DNA of 7,433 nucleotides from Octopus sinensis (Eukaryota): NCBI RefSeq assembly GCF_006345805.1, contig NW_021828876.1, positions 1 to 7,433 of the forward strand, read 5' to 3'. Shown piece by piece: positions 1 to 7,433 of this stretch (position 1 is its first letter; each line of letters starts with the position of its first letter). The notes under the pieces were generated by a model. It saw only the letters and a program-made list of their open reading frames with translations, ran no database searches and was not told where the DNA came from. The position numbers and the translations under genes were made by a program.

Positions 1-108
1 TCTTCTCTCCTCTCACAGCTAACCTTTCACTTTTCAATACTTTTAACTGTCTGCTTCTGTTCTCCCACCACCGCTCTATGTCGAACCCGGGCGTTATCTC
101 TTATGATA

Positions 109-510
109 TCTTTATATATAAAAGTGAGGTTGTGTGCTGTCTGTCTCCTACGATTTAGATTCCTAACTACTCCCACATTTTGCGGTGCAGTTTAACCAAA
201 ACCGGATATCTTATAGTCGTGATTTATATCGAGCCCTTCTGTGTATTAGCGCGCGTCTACGATGAGTCTACGATTTAAAAAAAAAATTACCATCAATTTT
301 TCCCATTTTTAATGCATTTTTGGCATATATAAGGGAAGTAACTCTCTAAAAATTTATTATTAAATCTCAGAACGTAAAAAGCTACAGTAACACCCCCCCC
401 CCCCCTTTGTGGTTAGCCATATTGAGATGGCTATTATACTTTACATCTCTAAAAATACTTATATAGTTATTTCCCTTACAAACCCGAGCAACGCCGGTTG
501 ATAATGCTAG
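109..510 (+). mobile_element. Non-autonomous Helitron (copy A, 402 bp)
   Basis: Starts TC (TCTTTATATATAAAAG) after host A108 and ends CTAG (507-510) before host T511. GC-rich subterminal hairpin CCGAGCAACGCCGG (484-497) lies ~10 nt before the CTAG. No clean TSD. Termini match the element at 1248-1638. Confidence 0.85.
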
Positions 511-653
511 TTATAAATAAACTAAAAGAAGAACCGGCATTGCCCAGAAAATAAGCAACGTAAAGCTGGCCAATTTGTTGAATGAGAATAATCGTAATTT
601 TGCATAAATTTAATATTTCGATCTTCAATCTGTCTATTATTTGTAACATCTAT

Positions 654-848
654 AAGTCGGTGAACTGGCAGAGTCGTTAGCATGTCGGGCAATATTCTTA
701 GCGGCATTTCGTCCGCCTTTACGATCTGAGTTCAAATTCTGCCAAGGTCGACTTTACCTTTCAGTAAAGTACCAGTTACGCACTGGAAACGAGGTAATCG
801 ATTAGTCCCCTCCCCCAAGTTTCAGGCCTTGTGCCTACAGGAGAAAGG
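654..848 (+). mobile_element. tRNA-derived SINE, diverged copy with internal deletion
   Basis: Aligns to the intact copy at 6765-7002 (CTGGCAGA...CTGAGTTCAAATTC...AGGTCGACTTT...AAAGTACCAGTTACGCACTGG). Perfect 18-bp TSD ATTATTTGTAACATCTAT at 636-653 and 849-866. Confidence 0.9.
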
Positions 849-866
849 ATTATTTGTAACATCTAT

Positions 867-934
867 CTGTCTGTCTGTCTGTCTGTCTGTACATACATAC
901 ATTCATACACACACACACACACACATACATACAT
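867..934 (+). repeat. Compound microsatellite (CTGT)n-(ACAT)n-(AC)n
   Basis: Directly visible; begins at the end of the SINE's right TSD. Confidence 0.95.
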
Positions 935-977
935 AGATACATATGTGTGCGAGTGTGCATGCGTGTGTTACCTTTTT

Positions 978-1025
978 AGGTATGGCTGGTGTGGTTATGA
1001 AGCTTGCTTTGCAACACAAACGGTT
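978..1025 (+). mobile_element. 5' head fragment of a SINE (same family as the split SINE at 3434-4817)
   Basis: AGGTATGGCTGGTGTGGTTATGAAGCTTGCTTTGCAACACAAACGGTT aligns with AGGAGTGGCTGTGTG (3436-3450) joined to TTGCTTACCAACCACATGGTT (3933-3953); contains an A-box-like TGGCTGGTGTGG. Confidence 0.65.
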
Positions 1026-1078
1026 AAATATTAAGCTAGTATCGTTAAAAAGACATTTTGGCATTTGTTCATTTCCAG

Positions 1079-1134
1079 GATCCTGTGGAAGGTAAAAATA
1101 CTTTGTCAAAGGAGGACAATTTCCAGGCAGAGAG
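1079..1134 (+). CDS. Candidate 56-nt internal exon of an unidentified gene
   Basis: Acceptor TTTGTTCATTTCCAG|G and donor GAG|GTAGGT (1135-1140). Purine-rich unique sequence, open in two frames (DPVEGKNTLSKEDNFQAE or ILWKVKILCQRRTISRQR). No homology recognised. Confidence 0.4.
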
Positions 1135-1247
1135 GTAGGTCTAAAAAACGAAAGCAAAGCAGTGAGTAGTTAAGTGCTAAATACAACCTACAACGCATCA
1201 AGTGAAACGGTGTCATTGTTTGAAAATGGATCCACCAAATATTCTAA

Positions 1248-1638
1248 TCTATATATATAAAGCTGAAGTTGTCTGTGTGTGGCAAGTTTGTTAGCCTTCA
1301 ACTAACACTATCTCCTCCGAGACCCTGCGGCGCAAGTTGACCAAAATTGAGAGTATGATAGAAGAAGGCTTGCTCTTCATTCTGTAGAAGAAAAAGATTC
1401 AAATCGGACCATGTTAAGACCAAAAATTATTTACATCAAAGAGGTGCTTTTTTTCTATGAAAATCCCTATTTTTTTACGATTTTTTGACTGCTGTGTCGC
1501 CATTTTTCGGTGTATTTCAACCAGAAAAATGTTCACTTAAAGAGAATAACAAGCTACATAATGCAAAGTTTTACTTTTCAAAAATTCCAATTCTAAAGGG
1601 TCGAAACAAACCCGAGCAACGCCGGGCGATATTGTTAG
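1248..1638 (+). mobile_element. Non-autonomous Helitron (copy B, 391 bp)
   Basis: Starts TCTATATATATAAAG after A1247; hairpin CCCGAGCAACGCCGGG (1611-1626); ends TTAG (CTAG variant, 1635-1638) before T1639. First 28 nt are 23/28 and last 33 nt 29/33 identical to copy A. Confidence 0.85.
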
Positions 1639-1842
1639 TTAAATTCTAAAGTGAGAAATACATGAGGTATACTGAGTGTTTAAAAAAAGAGAGAACAATT
1701 AATAGATATTTTTCTGGAAAATCATGGCTCTCATCGTATATAAACTTGTTCTAGTGAAGGTAAACTTAGTGAACACCTACGTGTTGCAGATGAATATCTA
1801 TGAGATGCATGCCTAGGGAGTTTGTCGCAAGAAATAATTATT

Positions 1843-2016
1843 GATTTCAAATTTTGGCACAAGAGCAGCAATTTTGGGGGAGGTGGAAGTCAATTGCATC
1901 GACTCCGAAAGGATGGAAGGCAACGCTAGCAGAATTTGAACTCAGAAAGTGAAGACGGTCGAAATGCCGCTAAGAATTTTGCCCGGTGTGCTAACGATTC
2001 TGCTAGCTGGCTGCCC
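1843..2016 (-). mobile_element. tRNA-derived SINE, diverged and internally deleted copy
   Basis: Reverse complement aligns to the copies at 654-848 and 6765-7002 (B-box-like CTGAGTTCAAATTC; GCCTTCCATCCTTTCGG). 20-bp TSD TGTCGC(A/T)AGAAATAATTATT at 1823-1842 and 2017-2036, one mismatch. Confidence 0.9.
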
Positions 2017-2340
2017 TGTCGCTAGAAATAATTATTACAGACGACGTCAAATAAAATGCTCGCCCCATCATATGCCCTGTAATGCATTATCTCTGGAAAA
2101 CATGAATTATTGGGAATATAATGGTGAGAGCAGTGAAATAATAGCCCCAAAAAAAAAAATACCTTTCACGTTTTCCATTCAAAAGTTACACATTTGGAAA
2201 ACATCTCCTTTTGTCGTGGTAATACTTTTTTTTTATATAGGAACCTAGAAACGAAGAAGCGCCGACAATTCTTAATAAAATAGAAAAAAAGTTATAACGA
2301 ATGGTAAAAAATAAATACGATTACTTATCCGAAAGTAATC

Positions 2341-2408
2341 TATCTGTCTGTCTGTCTGTCTTTCTGTCTGCCAGTCTGTCTGTCTGTCTGTTAGTCTGTC
2401 TGTCTGTC
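2341..2408 (+). repeat. (TCTG)n microsatellite, interrupted
   Basis: Directly visible. Confidence 0.95.
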
Positions 2409-2478
2409 TAACCGATTGGCTATTTGTATGCATATAAATATGTATGTACGTATATATGTACGAATACTTGAATGCATG

Positions 2479-2553
2479 TATATATATAATAATATATAGA
2501 TATATATATATATATATATATCTATATATATATATATATAATATATATTATAT

Positions 2554-2599
<46 letters not shown>

Positions 2600-2600
2600 G
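2479..2600. repeat. (TA)n microsatellite, interrupted
   Basis: Directly visible. Confidence 0.95.
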
Positions 2601-2859
2601 TATTATTGGAGTATGTATTTTGTTTCAAAAACAAAACAAAAATTATCCAAATGAAAAGATTAAAAGGACGTGTTTTCTCCCTTTCTTTGTGTGTGTCTTG
2701 CTGAGCATGCGCGCACGCGTATGCGTGTTTGTATGTTGAAATCACGAATTATCTCCTTTTTAAGAATGGCTGAAAATTACTTTTCTCTCTTGCTACAATA
2801 ATCAACAATTTTTTTTTTTTACTTTTTTATTATTTTTTAATTTTTTTTTTATTTTTCAG

Positions 2860-3070
2860 TGTTCCAGAGACCAGAAATGAACAGGAAATTATTTTAGGCA
2901 AAAGGTTTTTATTCTGTTTTTGTTAAAGAATACATTAGCCAAAACATTTTATCGCCGCAAAGTTCTGTTTTTGCTAAAGACGCCGACCAAAACAAACTTT
3001 AAATTTTAGCGTTGTAAAAATGTGGATTATTGTATTATATGTTTAATAAATACATGTCTCTGTCTTTGTA
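2860..3070 (+). other. Candidate terminal exon (short coding tail plus 3' UTR)
   Basis: Very long T-rich tract (2809-2856) ending TTTTTCAG| at 2859. All three frames stop within ~65 nt. AATAAA at 3045-3050 followed by TG/T-rich sequence. Phase compatible with exon 1079-1134. The 3' end is approximate. Confidence 0.45.
3045..3050 (+). terminator. Candidate polyadenylation signal AATAAA
   Basis: Canonical hexamer ~185 nt after the strong acceptor, with downstream TGTCTCTGTCTTTGT. The AT-rich background lowers its specificity. Confidence 0.35.
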
Positions 3071-3449
3071 TAGAAAATATCTGTTTTACTTATGTCCTTA
3101 AGCTTATTTTAATTATTATATTTATGTTTGTTATACATCAATATATTTATTAGTCTATGTATGAAATCTCTATATATTTGTGTCTGATTTTGTGTAAATA
3201 TCTAAGTTTTTATCCATGCTTGTATCCATATATCTGTAACTGTTTATACATGATTTTGTATATATATTTTTATTTAAGTCCTTGATAATACCTGGTGATC
3301 ACAAAATGTCGTCTGCGTTCTGGTCGAGAGTCATAACCAAAAATATTTTGCTAGAGGGATTTATGAGATATTCTTCATTAAAATTCAAACCATACCACTA
3401 AAATAACAATCTAACAAACACATGTCTATTACAGTAGGAGTGGCTGTGT

Positions 3450-3698
3450 GAGGGGAAGGGGGCGGCTATAGAGAATTATATAGAAAGTTCCTTTGATAGT
3501 CGGGACCTGATAGACTCGACTTGTATTCCAGAGTGACCTACACAGGTGGCGGCTCGGGTACTGGAAGAAAGGAACCTCAATCATATAATGGACTCCTTCT
3601 CAAAAGAAGAGTACAGAACTTGTGTATGGGCCTCCAACTTGCGACTATTGGAATGCCTACAGGAGGCAAGAAACTTGATTAGGGACTCATTTGTGTAA
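3450..3698 (+). pseudogene. 5'-truncated protein-like reading frame within the inserted fragment (one internal TGA)
   Basis: 83 codons: EGKGAAIENYIESSFDSRDLIDSTCIPE*PTQVAARVLEERNLNHIMDSFSKEEYRTCVWASNLRLLECLQEARNLIRDSFV-stop. Non-repetitive with globular-like composition; AATAAA at 3760-3765. No family recognised. Confidence 0.45.
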
Positions 3699-3786
3699 AA
3701 GGTTTATCGCCTTATTAAATTGTTTATAATTGTAATGGACATTTTAGTGCATAAAGTGTAATAAAATTGTAAGAGGGTTAACGCAT

Positions 3787-3933
3787 TCAGTATTTTTTTT
3801 TAAAAAACAATGTTTTAGAGAAGCAAAAGTCGGCGGGCACATTTTCGTCTTCTCCCATCCTTATCATCCTTGTATCATTATCATTCACTTCATTAATGTC
3901 CGTGTCCAGCTCGCAAACTACCTTACTCTTTAT
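3787..3933 (-). pseudogene. 5'-truncated protein-like reading frame convergent on the previous one
   Basis: IKSKVVCELDTDINEVNDNDTRMIRMGEDENVPADFCFSKTLFFKKKY-stop, open up to the insertion junction. Removing one base from the T9 run (3793-3801) would extend it to ...KKNTECVNPLTILLHFMH-stop at 3744. Confidence 0.35.
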
Positions 3934-4064
3934 TGCTTACCAACCACATGGTTCCAGGTTTAGTCCCACTGCGTGGCACCTTGGGCAAGTGTCTTCTACT
4001 ATAGCCTCGGGCCGACCAAAGCCTTGTGAGTGGATTTGGTAGACGGAACTGAAAGAAGCTCGTC

Positions 4065-4594
<530 letters not shown>

Positions 4595-4945
4595 TATATG
4601 TACGTGTGTGTATATGTCTGTGTGTCTGTGTTTGTCCCCCAACATCGCTTGACAACCGATGCTGGTGTGTTTACGTCCCCGTAACTTAGCGGTTCGGCAA
4701 AAAGAACCGATAGAATAAGTACTAGGCTTACAACGAATAAGTCCTGGGGTCGATTTGCTCGACTAAAAGGCGGTGCTCCAGCATGGCAACAGTCAAATGA
4801 CTGAAACAAGTAAAAGATTAAATATGTGTGCCAATAGAGAAAGAGCCGGTTTCTAACCTAGATCCAAGGTCTTTCATTGGAATTTCAATAAAAACAACAG
4901 GGTATTTCAGTTTGTATATATATATGTATGTAGTATGTATGTAGT

Positions 4946-5191
4946 GGAGGCGCGTGGCTTAGTGGTTAGGGTGTCAGCATCATGATCGTAAGATTGTGGT
5001 TTCAATTCCTGGGCCGGACGACGCGTTGTGTTCTTGAACAAAACGCTTCATTTCACGTTGCTCCAGTCCACTCAGCTGGCAAAAAATGAGTAACGCTGCG
5101 ATGGACTGGGGTCCCGCTGTGCTGGGGAACACATACGCCATAGAAACCGGGAAACCGGGCCCTTGAGCCTGGCTAGGCTTTAAAAGGGCGC
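4946..5191 (+). mobile_element. tRNA-derived SINE (third family) inserted in an (ATGT)n tract
   Basis: A box TGGCTTAGTGG (4955-4965) and B-box-like GGTTTCAATTCC (4998-5009). Degenerate CORE-like TTGTGTTCTTGAACAAAAC. CTGCGATGGACTGG and AGAAACCGGG blocks are recalled from conserved SINE central domains. ATGT repeats on both sides. Confidence 0.85.
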
Positions 5192-5870
5192 ATGTATGTA
5201 TGTATGTATGTATGTATGTATGTATGTATGTATGTATGTATGTATGTATGTATGTATGTATGTATGCATGTATGTATGTATGTATGTATGTATGTATGTA
5301 TGTATGTATGTATTTGGGTATGTATGTGTGTATGCGTGTGTATACATGCATGCGTGTATTTGTGTATGTATGTATGTATGTATGCGTATGTATACATGCA
5401 TGGGTGTATTTATGTATGTATGTATGTATGTATGTATGTGTATGTATGTATTTGGGTATGTATGTGTGTATGCGTGTGTATACATGCATACGTGTATTTG
5501 TGTATGTATGTATTTATGTATGTATGCATGCATGTATGTAATATATGTGTGTGTGTATTATGTAGGTAGGTACGTACGTAGGCAGGTAGGCAGTTGTGTC
5601 TGCATGTATGCATGCAAACATGTTTGTTGTATGTATGCATGTTTGTATGTCTACGAGCTTATACATGTATATGTGAGCAAAGTTGTGTATATATATGTAA
5701 GTACATATTTTGCATGTAAGAATAAACGCACATATTTACATACGTAGATATTTTGGGTGTAAACGTATGCAAATAAAAGTACGTACGTATGTATGTATGT
5801 ATGTATGTATGTATGTATGTATGTATGTATGTATGTGTGTGTGTGTGTGTATGTATGCATGTATATATGC
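5192..5870 (+). repeat. Long compound (ATGT)n/(GT)n microsatellite with degenerate and higher-order segments
   Basis: Pure (ATGT)n at 5192-5310 and ~5787-5834 with degenerate variants between; the source of all MYVC/HTYI ORFs. Confidence 0.95.
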
Positions 5871-6239
5871 ATACTTGCAAGCTTTACTGTGTGTGAAAAC
5901 TTGGCCTTCATTTAGTGTGTGTGTTTGCCTGTTTCCCTCATCCCTCTACTTGTCTGACACTGACATTTGGTGTACATTTTGAATGGCGTGTGTGTTCAGC
6001 CAAGTATATTTTTATACGCTGCTCACATCTTTTTGTCTATGTTAACTGTAGTCTCACTGTTTGTCTTAATTCTTCTCTGTCTACAGTTGTCTATGTGCAT
6101 GTAAGGTCATGTTTGTCTGCATCGCCATGTTTAAAACTCTGATTGTCTATATGTACGTATTTGTATTGTCTTAATATCTGTCAGTCTGTGTTTGTCCTTC
6201 TGTGCTATTTTTTAAAAAAAATTCTATATAAGTCTCCCC

Positions 6240-6268
6240 CCTCTCTCTCTCTCTCTCTCTCCTCTCTC

Positions 6269-6339
<71 letters not shown>

Positions 6340-6345
6340 GTCTAT
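6240..6345 (+). repeat. (CT)n-(ATCT)n compound microsatellite
   Basis: Directly visible. Confidence 0.95.
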
Positions 6346-6495
6346 CTCTTTCCCATTGTCTCGCTGTACAGCACAAGTAAAACTGCAAACATTTGTGTTT
6401 CCATAGATGCGTTTCAACGTCTTTCGGTGTTTGCCCTCTTCTGCACTGTCTATCTGTTTATTTGTATAACTATTTCGCTGTTGTCGTGTCAACAA

Positions 6496-6615
6496 GGGAA
6501 CTTCTATCTCGTGGTCTCTGGACTTGTTAGAAATAACAGAAGTATCTCTCTCTAGAAATGTCCTAACGTGTTAAAAAATGAGGTGGTATTTTGGATAATA
6601 TAATTCTTAATATAC
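6496..6615 (+). repeat. Possible highly decayed interspersed repeat fragment
   Basis: GGGAACT...TGTTAGAAATAACAG...TTAAAAAA...TTGGATAAT resembles, from memory only, a common octopus repeat. TTAGAAATA also occurs at 4216-4224. Boundaries uncertain. Confidence 0.3.
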
Positions 6616-6764
6616 AAAAAATTAAGGTGATGACGTGATGACCTCGATGAGGACAACGGCGACAAACATGTCCCTGTGTATCAGTCCCCCTACCTACATG
6701 ATTCCTTACCTTGTTAATTACCAAACATATGAGTGTATAAACAAATACAGGTATATCGAGTACC

Positions 6765-7002
6765 TTTTAAAGGCGGCGAGCTGGCAGAAACGTTAACACG
6801 CCGGGCGAAATGCTTTGTGGTATTGATTCTGCCGTTACGTTCTGAGTTCAAATTCCGCCGAGGTCGACTTTGCCTTTCATCCTTTCGGGGTCGATAAATT
6901 AAAGTACCAGTTACGCACTGGGGTCGATGTAATCGACTTAATACCTATGTCTGTCCTTGTTTGTCCCCTCTATGTTTAGCCCCTTGTGGGTAATAAAGAA
7001 AT
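6765..7002 (+). mobile_element. Full-length, young tRNA-derived SINE
   Basis: Head AGGCGGCGAGCTGGCAGAA, B-box-like GAGTTCAAATTCC (6844-6856), central block GCCTTTCATCCTTTCGGGGTCGATAAATTAAAGTACCAG, tail ending AATAAAGAAAT. Perfect 16-bp TSD AGGTATATCGAGTACC at 6749-6764 and 7003-7018. Confidence 0.95.
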
Positions 7003-7433
7003 AGGTATATCGAGTACCATACAGCATAAGTTCTTGATTTATTAGTAGTATCTCTTAACTTAAACATATAGAAAAAATAGTAGCAAACATTCTTTTTCGT
7101 ATGAGTCTAAGTCCCTTCGCTACAATGTAAATGTCGTGCCGATGACGGTTATTGAACCAGAAACGCGTATTCACAAATCCACATTGTTCTATTATCTCTA
7201 GACATTAAATCTGTCTTTTTTCCTTGATGGCAAATTATCTCCCCTCCTCAAGTGAAGCTGGTCACTGCCATTTGGTAATCATGATACATCAAGAATTTAT
7301 GTTTTATGGTATTTGATATACCTATATTTGTCTATGTTGATCAAATATATTCCACTAGCAACTCTGTGTTATTTCTCTTGGCGCATTTTCGTTAAAATTG
7401 TACATAAGCATCATGAAAAGAAACCTGTGATAT

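Noticed and set aside
1241-1649. ATTCTAA on both sides of Helitron B (and TTATGATA/TTATAAATA around Helitron A) as possible TSDs
   Set aside because: Imperfect or offset from the junction and AT-rich; Helitrons do not normally make TSDs, so chance is sufficient.
522-2248. ORFs 522-707 and 1949-2248 share the peptide MPLRILP
   Set aside because: Both read the antisense of the same SINE family, so the similarity is repeat homology rather than protein paralogy.
3290-3335. CTGGTGA...TTCTGGTC-GAGA resembling a decayed hammerhead
   Set aside because: Both core boxes are mutated, stem II is imperfect and there is no convincing stem I or III.
4946-5015. Possible tRNA gene (A and B boxes)
   Set aside because: No clean cloverleaf, a degenerate T arm, and it continues into a SINE body; it is a SINE head.
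4980-5982. Cluster of long overlapping ORFs (MYVC/HTYI repeats)
   Set aside because: (ATGT)n has no stop codons in these frames; the products are pure low-complexity artefacts.
6627-6655. Tandem GTGATGA (C-box-like) and small CCTCGATGAGG hairpin
   Set aside because: No D box (CTGA) or terminal stem at a suitable distance for a C/D snoRNA, and no hammerhead core.

Overview
AT-rich, repeat-dense eukaryotic DNA. The SINE families and microsatellite load look like octopus/coleoid cephalopod (recognised from memory, not searched). None of the supplied ORFs is credible: most are microsatellite or SINE read-throughs and the rest lack any support. The window holds two related ~400-bp non-autonomous Helitrons (109-510, 1248-1638), three related tRNA-type SINEs with clean 16-20 bp target-site duplications, a further tRNA-SINE, and many (TA)n/(ATGT)n/(TCTG)n/(ATCT)n tracts. 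A candidate small spliced gene has an exon at 1079-1134 and a terminal exon from 2860. The most interesting part is a CORE-type SINE (3434-4817) broken by two insertions. The first is a 482-bp TSD-less fragment carrying two convergent protein-like 3' ends, with a compact, possibly virus-like layout. The second is a ~430-bp element sitting in (TA)n. On the minus strand it encodes a type I hammerhead-ribozyme-like motif with a palindromic minimal stem III and an unusually large, possibly pseudoknotted stem II. A second, degenerate hammerhead-like motif lies ~400 bp downstream.
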